From a virus (lineage: Duplodnaviria; Caudoviricetes): a stretch of DNA of 62,372 bases. Positions 53,496 through 62,372 of this stretch are shown piece by piece. The notes under the pieces were generated by a model. That model had not been told where the DNA came from, did not search any database, and worked only from the letters and a program-made list of their open reading frames with translations. Both the position numbers and the translations under genes were made by a program. Position 1 is the first letter of the stretch. Every line of letters begins with the position of its first letter. The stretch spans positions 1-62,372 of IMG/VR virus record IMGVR_UViG_3300025769_000109; one strand, given 5' to 3'.

Positions 53496-54178
53496 CGACA
53501 TCGGGTACAACCGCATTTGATATGGACTTCACGGAAATCGCTGAAGAAGCGTGGGAGCGTGCTGGTCGTGAAATGCGGTCAGGCTACGACCTACGTACCG
53601 CACGTCGTTCTATGAATCTGCTGACCATTGAGTGGCAGAACCGTGGTATCAATTTGTGGACGATTGACGAAGGTTCAATCAGCCTAACCACGGGTACTTC
53701 TGAGTACGATCTTCCCGCCGATACGATTGATTTGTTAGAGCAGGTTATTCGTACTGGAGACGGGAATCAGAGCACGCAATCCGATCTTACCATAAGTCGT
53801 ATTAGTGTGAGCACTTACGCATCAATTCCTAACAAGTTATCACGTGGTAGGCCAATACAGGTCTGGATCGAACGTCTGCGTGACAATCCTAAAATAAATG
53901 TTTGGCCTGTTCCTGACTCCGATCAGTATGTGTTCCGCTATTGGCGTATGCGCCGTATTCAGGACGCGGGAAGCGGTGTACAAACAGCAGATATGAACTT
54001 TAGGTTTCTCCCCTGCCTCGTTTCTGGGTTGGCGTACAATATCGCCCTTAAAGTACCAGAACTTGTGGAACGCGTTCCTCTCTTAAAGCAGGTCTACGAG
54101 GAGCAGTTCCAGTTGGCTGCTGGCGAGGACAGGGAGAAAACCCCGGCACGTTTCGTGCCTCGTGCAATGAGGGTCTGA
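53492..54178 (+). CDS. Head-tail adaptor/neck protein (putative)
   Basis: EEAWERAG, ARRSMNLL, W.NRG, WPVPD, RFLPCLVSGLAY. Confidence 0.7.
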   Translation: MTTSGTTAFDMDFTEIAEEAWERAGREMRSGYDLRTARRSMNLLTIEWQNRGINLWTIDEGSISLTTGTSEYDLPADTIDLLEQVIRTGDGNQSTQSDLTISRISVSTYASIPNKLSRGRPIQVWIERLRDNPKINVWPVPDSDQYVFRYWRMRRIQDAGSGVQTADMNFRFLPCLVSGLAYNIALKVPELVERVPLLKQVYEEQFQLAAGEDREKTPARFVPRAMRV

Positions 54179-54179
54179 T

Positions 54180-54491
54180 ATGGCTACTCAATTTGCATCG
54201 AGCCAAAAAGCGTTAGGGGTATGCGATGTATGTGGATTTACGTACAGGCTCCGTGAAATGCGGAATTTGGTACGTAAGGGGCGAGATACGAACATTAAGG
54301 CTTGCCCTGAATGTTGGAATCCAGACCATCCGCAGCTTAAATTGGGCGAGTTCCCAGTACACGATCCGCAAGCATTGCGCGATCCGCGACCCGATTCTAA
54401 CCAATACGCCTCTAGCCGTGCGCTTATAGAGCCAGTTAAGCCCGTTGTAGGGACTGGATTTATAGGACAAGTTACGGTACAAATTACATAG
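54180..54491 (+). CDS. Zinc-finger neck-region protein
   Basis: CDVCG...CPECW...DPQALRDPRPD. Confidence 0.7.
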   Translation: MATQFASSQKALGVCDVCGFTYRLREMRNLVRKGRDTNIKACPECWNPDHPQLKLGEFPVHDPQALRDPRPDSNQYASSRALIEPVKPVVGTGFIGQVTVQIT

Positions 54492-54501
54492 GAGTGATAC
54501 T

Positions 54502-54633
54502 ATGCGTAAGAAAACTCAAAAGCCTGCTAAGAAAAAGATGCAGAAGATGAAAATGAAGAAGGGCGGCGGTATCAAAGTTCGTGGTACTGGTGCTGCAACC
54601 AAAGGGCTATATGCTCGCGGGCCTATGGGGTAA
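54502..54633 (+). CDS. Small basic peptide (43 aa, not in ORF track)
   Basis: AGGAG RBS; MRKKTQK...MKKGGGIKVRGTGAATKG. Confidence 0.6.
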   Translation: MRKKTQKPAKKKMQKMKMKKGGGIKVRGTGAATKGLYARGPMG

Positions 54634-54636
54634 GTC

Positions 54637-55266
54637 ATGAATTACACCGAGCTGACAACTAACATCGAAGATATTACGGAGAACTCGTTCACCGCAGATC
54701 AGCTCGCTATGTTCACCCAACAGGCTGAGCAGAAAATCTATAATACTGTTCAGATTCCCGCGCTGCGGCGTAATGTTACGGGTACTTTGAGTTCAGGTAA
54801 TAAGTATCTGGGCGCTCCCACCGACTTTCTTTATACCTACAGCCTTGCGGTTGTAGATGGTGATGGAGAGTATCACTTCCTGCTAAACAAGGACGTTAAC
54901 TTTATCAGGGAGGCTTACCCCACGCCCACGGCTACGGGTTTGCCAAAACATTATGCTTACTTTGACGACGACTCAATCATCCTCGGACCTACCCCAGACA
55001 GTAACTACACAATGGAATTACATTACGGATATTATCCTGAATCCATCGTTACTGCTAACACTACATGGCTTGGGGACGAGTTTGATTCTGCTCTACTTAA
55101 CGGTGCGCTACTGGAAGCACTGAGGTTTATGAAGGGCGAACCTGACATGGTTCAGATGTATGAACGCATGTATGTACAGTCACTGAAACTGCTCAAAATG
55201 CTTGGTGACGGTAAACTACGAGAAGACACTTACCGTTCTGGGCAGTTCAGAATGGAAGTAGAATAG
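54637..55266 (+). CDS. Second head-tail adaptor/neck ring protein (putative)
   Basis: MNYTEL, AEQKI, GLPKHY, GPTPD, ALLNGAL. Confidence 0.7.
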   Translation: MNYTELTTNIEDITENSFTADQLAMFTQQAEQKIYNTVQIPALRRNVTGTLSSGNKYLGAPTDFLYTYSLAVVDGDGEYHFLLNKDVNFIREAYPTPTATGLPKHYAYFDDDSIILGPTPDSNYTMELHYGYYPESIVTANTTWLGDEFDSALLNGALLEALRFMKGEPDMVQMYERMYVQSLKLLKMLGDGKLREDTYRSGQFRMEVE

Positions 55267-55276
55267 GAGGCTAGAA

Positions 55277-55705
55277 ATGGCAATTACTCAAGCAATGTGC
55301 ACGTCTTTCAAAAAAGCCCTTCTCGATGGTGAGATGGACTTTAGCTCAGACACGTCACAAACTTTTAAGATCGCATTGTTCACGTCTTCAGCTACGCTGG
55401 ACGCGTCTACAACTGCGTATAGTACAACGAACGAAGTAACCGGGACGGGTTATACAGCAGGTGGTAACACGTTAACTGTTGTTGCTCCCACGACGTCTGG
55501 TACCACTGCGTACCTAGATTTCTCTGATACTACGTGGTCCACGGCGACAATTACGGCGCGTGGAGCGTTAATTTATCAGTCTGGTGGTTCTAACCCAGCG
55601 GTTGCGGTTCTTGATTTTGGCGCGGATAAAACGTCTACGGCGGGTGATTTTACTATTCAGTTCCCGACTGCGGATGCGTCAAACGCTATTATCAGGATTG
55701 CGTGA
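55277..55705 (+). CDS. Tail/collar structural protein
   Basis: FKIALF, NEVTGTGYTAGG, TARGALIY, LDFGADK. Confidence 0.7.
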   Translation: MAITQAMCTSFKKALLDGEMDFSSDTSQTFKIALFTSSATLDASTTAYSTTNEVTGTGYTAGGNTLTVVAPTTSGTTAYLDFSDTTWSTATITARGALIYQSGGSNPAVAVLDFGADKTSTAGDFTIQFPTADASNAIIRIA

Positions 55706-55711
55706 TGAATT

Positions 55712-56608
55712 ATGGCTGATGTACTCGTTACCTATAGAGGGTGGGCCGCAGGAGGCTGGGGTGACACCGCGTGGGGTACTGATGTACAGATGCCATCAGC
55801 TACAGGTGCAGTTGGTACTGTATCTGTTAGCGGTGCAGCGACGGTCCAACCTACTGGGCTACAGGCTACAGCAAGCGTAGGATCAGTCACTGTTGTTGCG
55901 GAAGCTAATATCTTCCCAACAGGTGTCGCGGCTACAGGAGCAGTTGGTACTGTCGATGTAGTTGCTGACGCAAATGTAGCGGTTACAGGGGTCGCGGGCA
56001 CTTCTGCTCTTGGTTCAGTAACCGTAACGGCAGACGCAAATGTCTACCCGACAGGTCTTGAAGCGACCGCAGGGTTAGGTATTGTATCTGTCACCGCCGA
56101 TGCAAATGTATCGGTAACTGGAAACGCGGCGACCACCTCTCTTGGAGATGTGACGGTCACAGCCGATGCGAACGTTCAACCGTCTGGGCTTGCAGCTACA
56201 GGCGGATTAGGCACGGTAAGTATAGTTGCCGAAGCCAACATCTACCCGACTGGGGTAAGCGCCACAGGTGCCATTGGCACTGTCACCACAACAGCGGACG
56301 CCAACGTCCCAACATCTGGTCTAGCAGCCACAGGTGCTGTAGGAACGGTGTTTGTAGCGTTTGGAGTAACTTTCTCCGTTACAGGCGTGACTGGTACGCC
56401 GCAGTTAGGTGATGTAACAACAAAAGCCGACGCAGATGTGTTGGTCACAGGTGTAAATGCAACAGGCGCGGTAGGTACGGTCTTTATTTGGGGTGACATA
56501 GATGACGATCAAAATCCCAACTGGCAAAATATTACTAGCGCACAGACACCAACTTGGGGTAATGTTTCAACAGGACAGACTCCGAATTGGCAAGATATAG
56601 CCGCGTGA
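55712..56608 (+). CDS. Repeat-rich tail/collar fibre protein
   Basis: About 12 repeats of ~20 aa (PTGxxATGAVGTVxVxADAN); terminal QxPxW x3. Confidence 0.7.
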   Translation: MADVLVTYRGWAAGGWGDTAWGTDVQMPSATGAVGTVSVSGAATVQPTGLQATASVGSVTVVAEANIFPTGVAATGAVGTVDVVADANVAVTGVAGTSALGSVTVTADANVYPTGLEATAGLGIVSVTADANVSVTGNAATTSLGDVTVTADANVQPSGLAATGGLGTVSIVAEANIYPTGVSATGAIGTVTTTADANVPTSGLAATGAVGTVFVAFGVTFSVTGVTGTPQLGDVTTKADADVLVTGVNATGAVGTVFIWGDIDDDQNPNWQNITSAQTPTWGNVSTGQTPNWQDIAA

Positions 56609-56618
56609 GGATTAAAAG

Positions 56619-59600
56619 ATGACGACACAATACACTTCGATACTAAAACTCGCCCTTCCTGTCCAAGGGGAGCTTAGTGGTACGTGGGGCGATGTAGTAA
56701 ACGACAACATCACCTCGATGGTTGAGGAGGCTGTCGCTGGGCGTGCCGTCATCAATACATGGACAACTAACTCGCATACGCTGACGACTGCGGACGGTAC
56801 GACTGCCGAATCCCGTTGCGCGATGCTGGAGTTTACGGATACTGGCGCGGCACTTACCGGAGCGGCTACCGTTGTCTGCCCTAGCGCCTCTAAACTTTAT
56901 GTTTGTAAGAATGACTCAGGACAACAAGTTACTATCCAAACTGCTGCTGGCACTGGTGTGGCTATCCCCGATGGGCAGACCATGTTTGTGTTCTGTGACG
57001 GTACGAACGTCGAGCAGTGTACGACGAACTTCAATTCGCTTAGCTTTAACGACTACACCCTAAGTTTTGGCGGTGCAGTTACTACTGCTGGAGCGTTCAC
57101 GACTTCAGGCGCATACGCGCTTACCCTGACTACAACTGGCGCGACTAACGTAACGCTGCCTACTACGGGCACGCTGGCAACGCTGGATGGTACGGAAACC
57201 CTTACCAACAAGACGTTGACTGCACCGACTATCTCGTCTCCAACGCTGACGGGTTCTATCTCTGCAACTGACCTGACGATCTCTGGCGATACTACGATTG
57301 GTGACGCCGCTGCGGATGGCCTTACAGTTAACGCGACTGTTACGTCTAACTTGATCTTTACTGACAATACCTACGATATTGGTGCGTCTGGTGCCACTCG
57401 CCCACGTAACTTGTTCTTGGCGGGTAATGCGACGATTGGCGGTACGGTAACGCTTTCTGGCGGTATTGATGTTACTGGTGCGCTAGGTGTCGATGGTGAC
57501 TTCGACGTAAATACCGACAAGTTTACCGTTGCGTCTGCTACGGGCGACACGCTTGTTGCGGGCACTCTTGACGTCACTGGTGTGACCACTGCGACTGGCG
57601 GTCTCAACGTCGATACGATTAACGAAATCACCGCTGCTGGTGGTGTCACTATTGATGGTGTTTTGCTGAAAGACAACGGCATCACAGGTACGGGTAATCT
57701 TAGCTTCGACGGCGGCACAATCAAGCTGGATGGTAACTATCCTACGGGTACGGATAACGTTGCTTTGGGCAACAATACTTTGAGCGACGGGTCTTTTGTC
57801 GGGTCCGGTAACATCGCCATTGGTGACAGCGTAGGCAGCGGAATTACCACGGGTACTAATAACATTGGTATCGGTCGGGATGCTATGACGGGGGTCATTA
57901 CGGGTGGCGACAACATCGCCATTGGCCGTGGCGCTGGCGCTGCGATTGACTCGTCATCGAATAACATTGCAGTTGGGGTTTTGGCACTTACTGCGAATAC
58001 TACCGGGTTTGAGAATACGGCCATCGGGCGTCTGGCGCTTACTGCAAACACTACGGGTAACCGGAATACCGCGATTGGCGCTCAAGCACTAGATGCTAAT
58101 ACTACTGCGGCTAACAACGTCGCGGTCGGGTATGCGGCTCTTAGCGAAAATACTACCGGAAGCGTGAATACAGCGGTAGGTAACGCCGCCCTAGTTCTTA
58201 ATACCACGGGTTCTAGCAATGCCGCTTTTGGGTACAATGCGGGCGGTTCCGTTACGACGGGGGTTAATAATACTCTGGTAGGCACCCAAGCAGGGGACTC
58301 TATTACCACGGGGGCGTATAACACGCTTCTTGGTAAGGATGCTGGTGGGGCGATCTCAACGGGGGGCTACAATACTTTTATCGGTGGGTTGGCTGGTGAT
58401 GCTTTAACCACCAGTAACTATAATACCGCCGTTGGTTTCCAGTCTCTGACGTCAGTTTCCACCGCCTCTAACACTGCCGCACTAGGCGCACTGTCTGTTT
58501 TTAGTCTGACCACTGGGGTTAGCAACGTCGCATTAGGTTACGCTGCCCTTTACAACACCACTACGGGTAACACCAATGTAGGTATCGGACAGCAGTCACT
58601 TAATGCAAATACCACGGGGTCTAGCAACACCGCTATCGGCCACCAATCTCTGTACACGGTAGAAACCGCTACCAATAACGTCGCGGTTGGGTATCAGTCG
58701 CTTTTCAACGTCACGTCAGGCGACAACACAGCAGTTGGCTTTAAGGCCGCAACCTCCGCTACCACGGGTACGGGCAATACGGCTATCGGTACTAATTCTC
58801 TTTCCCTTACTACTACAGGGGCATATAACGTTGCGGTTGGCGGGTCAGCTACCGGGGTTGTTGCGTCAGCTTTACAGCAAAATGTTTCAGGCAACAATAA
58901 CACCGCAGTGGGCGTTGGCGCATTTGCCAATAACACTACCAATAACAACACTGGTTTGGGCTTTAAGGTTGCTTACGCAACTACCACTGGTTCTAGCAAC
59001 GTTGCTATTGGTTATCAGACTCTTATCGCTAACACCACTGGGTCGTTGAACGTAGCTGTAGGGCAATCCGCGCTTGGCGCGAATACGACAGGCTCCACTA
59101 ACACTGCGCTGGGATATAGCGCTGCCAATGCGAATACCACAGGGACGTTCATAACCGCCGTTGGCGTTGGTGCGTTTGAAAAAACGACAACTAATAATGC
59201 TAACACTGGTCTGGGTTACTACGCTGGGCGTTTCGTGGAAAGCGCAAGTAACACCGCTATTGGTACGCAGGCACTATACGGTGTTTCTGGGTCCAGTACC
59301 GGAGGAAGTAACACAGCGGTTGGTTACCAAGCTGGATACAGTACCACTACCGCAGCTAACAACGTTGCTGTTGGCGCAGGGAGCCTCTTTTATACTACAG
59401 AAGGGGGCCAAAACACTGCCGTTGGTCGCTCTGCACTGAACGCCAACACCACCGCAAGCAACAACACAGCAGTGGGGTATCAGGCTGGAATTAGTAATAC
59501 TACGGGCGGTAGCAACACGATTGTCGGCTATCAAGCGTTGTATGCTAACACTTCAGGTAGCAGTCTTACGGCAGTCGGTTCAGCGGCACTTGTGTCTAAT

Positions 59601-61064
59601 ACTACGGCGTCGTTCAACACGGCTATCGGTTGGCAGGCTGGCCAGCAAAACACCACGGGTAGTACCAACACTTTCCTCGGTGCGTTTTCTGGAGAACAAA
59701 ATACGACCGGGAACGGGATCACCGTTGGGGGTTATGCGGCTTTTGAGAACAACACCACTGGGAATTTCAACACTGGGTTCGGTACGCGAGTTGGACAAGA
59801 CAACACGGGAAGCAACAACACGGCGATGGGATACCACGCTATGTTGGATTCTACGGGGAGTGGGAATACCGCAATAGGCGTGTTAGCACTTAGAGTTTCT
59901 TCTGGAGCTGATAACGTCGCTGTGGGTTACAACGCGGCATACAACACCACGTCCGGAACTCGCTTAGTCGCGGTCGGCAGAAGCGCGTTGTACGCAAATA
60001 CCACGGGAAGTTACTCGGTTGCCATAGGTCAATCGGCACTGACTAACGCTACAACAGGGTCAAACGTCGCTATTGGCGACTCTGTTATGGCTTCTACCAC
60101 TACTGGTAACTCAAACGTTGCTATCGGCACCTTTAACGGCTCAACTTTACCCCCTCTGTATTACAACACCACGGGCTACCAAAACGTTGCTATTGGTACA
60201 GGCGCTCTTAGATCAAATACTACCGCAAACAACTCCGTTGCGATTGGTTTTCTGGCACTTACTGACAGCACAACTGCGAGCGTTAACGTCGCAGTTGGGT
60301 CTAACGCGGGTTCGAATACTACCACTGGTCAAAACAACACCTATATTGGGTACGGCGCGGGTAGAACAGGCACCACTAACGGTAATAACACTGCTCTGGG
60401 CTATGCTGCTCTGGGTTACAACGCTTCGTTTACGGGCACTGGTAACATGGGTATCGGTGTTCAATCCGGCTATAACTTAACCACCGGTGTGGATAACGCA
60501 TTTGTAGGCGCGGTAAACTCGGGCTTCCAAATGACTACGGGCAGCAAGAACGTAATCCTTGGTAGCCATAACGGTAACTCCGACGGCCTCGACATCCGTA
60601 CTTCTAACTCGCAAGTCGTAATTTCTGACGGCGATGGGTATGTACAGGCGCACTTTAACAGCGGAAAACTAAAAAGAGTCCGCTTCCAAGTGAACTCCGA
60701 CTACTCCAACACCTACGATTATGTGGCGGCGGGGGCGTTTGGTACGACGTATGCCGACCTAATTCCAACGGGAAACTTGGTGGCAGGCGCTATCTATCTC
60801 GTAACAATTAACTGTAACTACGGTGTTAACCCTTACTACCAAGATGTCGCGTTTATATTCAAATGCGTAAATACAAACGGCGTGGGGGCAGGCAGCCCTA
60901 TTGAGTTTATGGCTTCTCACCACGTTAACCGTCCTGCGGGGCTTTGGAATATTCGTGTAAGCACTGCTAGCTCCAGCACAAACGGTTTGCAAGGTCTAGC
61001 CAGTAGCGGTCCCGGAACAGACGCTGCCGCGTCAATCACTGTATACGCGCAACGTATTTCGTAG
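56619..61064 (+). CDS. Tail fibre with YadA-head-like beta-roll repeats (1481 aa)
   Basis: GELSGTWG N-terminal anchor, TLTNKTL, dozens of ~14-aa NTAVGxxAL repeats at ~57750-60570. Confidence 0.85.
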   Translation: MTTQYTSILKLALPVQGELSGTWGDVVNDNITSMVEEAVAGRAVINTWTTNSHTLTTADGTTAESRCAMLEFTDTGAALTGAATVVCPSASKLYVCKNDSGQQVTIQTAAGTGVAIPDGQTMFVFCDGTNVEQCTTNFNSLSFNDYTLSFGGAVTTAGAFTTSGAYALTLTTTGATNVTLPTTGTLATLDGTETLTNKTLTAPTISSPTLTGSISATDLTISGDTTIGDAAADGLTVNATVTSNLIFTDNTYDIGASGATRPRNLFLAGNATIGGTVTLSGGIDVTGALGVDGDFDVNTDKFTVASATGDTLVAGTLDVTGVTTATGGLNVDTINEITAAGGVTIDGVLLKDNGITGTGNLSFDGGTIKLDGNYPTGTDNVALGNNTLSDGSFVGSGNIAIGDSVGSGITTGTNNIGIGRDAMTGVITGGDNIAIGRGAGAAIDSSSNNIAVGVLALTANTTGFENTAIGRLALTANTTGNRNTAIGAQALDANTTAANNVAVGYAALSENTTGSVNTAVGNAALVLNTTGSSNAAFGYNAGGSVTTGVNNTLVGTQAGDSITTGAYNTLLGKDAGGAISTGGYNTFIGGLAGDALTTSNYNTAVGFQSLTSVSTASNTAALGALSVFSLTTGVSNVALGYAALYNTTTGNTNVGIGQQSLNANTTGSSNTAIGHQSLYTVETATNNVAVGYQSLFNVTSGDNTAVGFKAATSATTGTGNTAIGTNSLSLTTTGAYNVAVGGSATGVVASALQQNVSGNNNTAVGVGAFANNTTNNNTGLGFKVAYATTTGSSNVAIGYQTLIANTTGSLNVAVGQSALGANTTGSTNTALGYSAANANTTGTFITAVGVGAFEKTTTNNANTGLGYYAGRFVESASNTAIGTQALYGVSGSSTGGSNTAVGYQAGYSTTTAANNVAVGAGSLFYTTEGGQNTAVGRSALNANTTASNNTAVGYQAGISNTTGGSNTIVGYQALYANTSGSSLTAVGSAALVSNTTASFNTAIGWQAGQQNTTGSTNTFLGAFSGEQNTTGNGITVGGYAAFENNTTGNFNTGFGTRVGQDNTGSNNTAMGYHAMLDSTGSGNTAIGVLALRVSSGADNVAVGYNAAYNTTSGTRLVAVGRSALYANTTGSYSVAIGQSALTNATTGSNVAIGDSVMASTTTGNSNVAIGTFNGSTLPPLYYNTTGYQNVAIGTGALRSNTTANNSVAIGFLALTDSTTASVNVAVGSNAGSNTTTGQNNTYIGYGAGRTGTTNGNNTALGYAALGYNASFTGTGNMGIGVQSGYNLTTGVDNAFVGAVNSGFQMTTGSKNVILGSHNGNSDGLDIRTSNSQVVISDGDGYVQAHFNSGKLKRVRFQVNSDYSNTYDYVAAGAFGTTYADLIPTGNLVAGAIYLVTINCNYGVNPYYQDVAFIFKCVNTNGVGAGSPIEFMASHHVNRPAGLWNIRVSTASSSTNGLQGLASSGPGTDAAASITVYAQRIS

Positions 61065-61073
61065 GAGTAAAAA

Positions 61074-61445
61074 ATGACACCTGAAGAATATTGGATCAAA
61101 TATCCGCCAAGACCCGTCACACCTGCTTACTATGACCAGATGACGTTTGGCTTTGATATTGAGCAGATGCACACAAAGACCGTCAACGGTACACCTAATG
61201 TAGTTTACAAAGTAAATTATTATGTTTGGGGCGATTACCAAGGTGAGCAGGGGCGTGTCGCTCAGGAACTAATGTTTCCACAAGAGGTTTTAGACCAGCA
61301 GGTTTCGTTTATCCCTTACGACGATCTGACCCAAGAAACCGTTATTGGGTGGATTGAAGACAACACGTCGTATATTCACACTCAATATACAATTGCTAAT
61401 CAACTTGATGTACCGAGCGACGATACACCGCCGCTCCCTTGGTAA
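61074..61445 (+). CDS. Tail fibre-associated hypothetical protein
   Basis: FIPYDDLTQETVIGWI, C-terminal PLPW. Confidence 0.7.
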   Translation: MTPEEYWIKYPPRPVTPAYYDQMTFGFDIEQMHTKTVNGTPNVVYKVNYYVWGDYQGEQGRVAQELMFPQEVLDQQVSFIPYDDLTQETVIGWIEDNTSYIHTQYTIANQLDVPSDDTPPLPW

Positions 61446-61470
61446 CTCAGTCTAATATAGGAGAAAGACC

Positions 61471-61728
61471 ATGACTGACGAAATCGAAGCACGAAGCGCA
61501 GAACAACGCGCACAAGACTACACGGCCATGGGGCACAGTGTAGATTTAATCAACGACGTAATTGCAGGCAACCAAATGGCTGACGAAGAAGCCGCGGACC
61601 GCCAAGATTGCGTTGATCGCAATGTTGCTCACCTTGAACTTATGGTCGCTAAGACCGATTGGGACGGTGAAGACATGACCGCAGCAAACGCTGCAATTAC
61701 AGCAGGACAAGGGTATACCGCGTCTTAA
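61471..61728 (+). CDS. Small acidic hypothetical protein
   Basis: AGGAG RBS; RNVAHLELM. Confidence 0.7.
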   Translation: MTDEIEARSAEQRAQDYTAMGHSVDLINDVIAGNQMADEEAADRQDCVDRNVAHLELMVAKTDWDGEDMTAANAAITAGQGYTAS

Positions 61729-61750
61729 TTTAACCTAAAGGAGACTTGTG

Positions 61751-61966
61751 ATGGGAAAAGACAAAAAGACCCCAATCACCGTCAACGACACTGAATATTT
61801 TGTCGAAGACATGACTGATGAGCAGCGGGCGCTGCTAAACCACGTGCAAGACTTGGACCGTAAATTGTCCAATGCGCAATTTAATATGGACCAGCTTGCC
61901 ATTGGCAGAGAAGCGTTTGTGAATCGACTTGCCGCTTCTTTGGAGGCACCTGAAGTCGAAGAGTGA
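61751..61966 (+). CDS. Small coiled-coil protein (variant C-terminus relative to 1-159)
   Basis: AAGGAG RBS; ITVNDTEY..EDMTDEQ. Confidence 0.7.
   Translation: MGKDKKTPITVNDTEYFVEDMTDEQRALLNHVQDLDRKLSNAQFNMDQLAIGREAFVNRLAASLEAPEVEE
61811..61929 (+). repeat. Exact 119-bp direct repeat, copy 2
   Basis: Identical to 1-119. Confidence 0.95.
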
Positions 61967-61973
61967 GGTATGA

Positions 61974-62372
61974 ATGCCCTTTACCAAGTTGCAATTCAGA
62001 CCCGGTGTAAACCGAGAGACTACTTCGTATAGTAACGAGGGCGGTTGGTTCGACTGCGACAAGGTAAGGTTTCGCTTCGGCTTTCCCGAAAAAATAGGTG
62101 GCTGGGAGGCGACTTCCGCCACCTACTTCTTAGGCACGTGCCGTGCTTTGCATCCGTGGGTCGCGCTCGACGGCTCACGGTACTTGGGCGTTGGTACGCA
62201 CCTCAAGTATTACATCAACGAAGGTGGTGGCTACTCTGACATCACCCCGATCCGCGAGACAACTGCGGCAGGTGCAGTTACATTTTCCGCGTCTGCAAAC
62301 ACGTTGGCTGCGGATGTCGATATTTCGGACACTACTGTTACGCTGACAAGCGGTACGGGATTCCCGGATACC
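61974..62372 (+). CDS. Partial second nozzle homologue (runs off window end; not in ORF track)
   Basis: GAGG RBS; MPFTKLQFRPGVNRE...DKVRFRFGFPEKIGGW...ITPIRETTAAGAVTF, homologous to 2705-3020. Confidence 0.8.
   Translation, partial: MPFTKLQFRPGVNRETTSYSNEGGWFDCDKVRFRFGFPEKIGGWEATSATYFLGTCRALHPWVALDGSRYLGVGTHLKYYINEGGGYSDITPIRETTAAGAVTFSASANTLAADVDISDTTVTLTSGTGFPDT

Overview
The window is an apparently complete, circularly permuted genome of a tailed dsDNA phage with podovirus-like organisation. Positions 1-119 recur exactly at 61811-61929, implying a unit length of about 61.8 kb; the last ~440 nt branch into a related variant sequence. The + strand (42.9 kb to the end, continuing at 1 to 25.6 kb) carries terminase, portal, GroES, scaffold, capsid, small basic proteins, neck and tail genes, a repeat-rich tail fibre, a lysis block, a frameshifted nozzle gene and very large putative ejection proteins. 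The - strand (42.5 kb down to 25.7 kb) carries early and replication genes: an AAA+/VWA pair, family A DNA polymerase, PD-(D/E)XK nuclease, SNF2 helicase, an SSB-like protein and an AEP primase-DUF927 helicase. I saw no integrase, tRNA or CRISPR array. A marine alphaproteobacterial host is suggested but unproven. The most notable observations are: (1) an acyl carrier protein + ketosynthase + unknown (possibly acyltransferase) cassette placed between the tail needle and ejection protein genes, possibly a virion-protein lipidation system; (2) eight copies of a 17-bp palindrome GTTAGTG-N3-CACTAAC confined to the early region; (3) a probable overprinted gene inside the 2244-aa ejection protein; (4) a shared [YMF]-[AKQ]-x-G-G peptide motif linking ejection proteins and small basic proteins. 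All family assignments come from visible motifs, gene order and recall; no searches were run.
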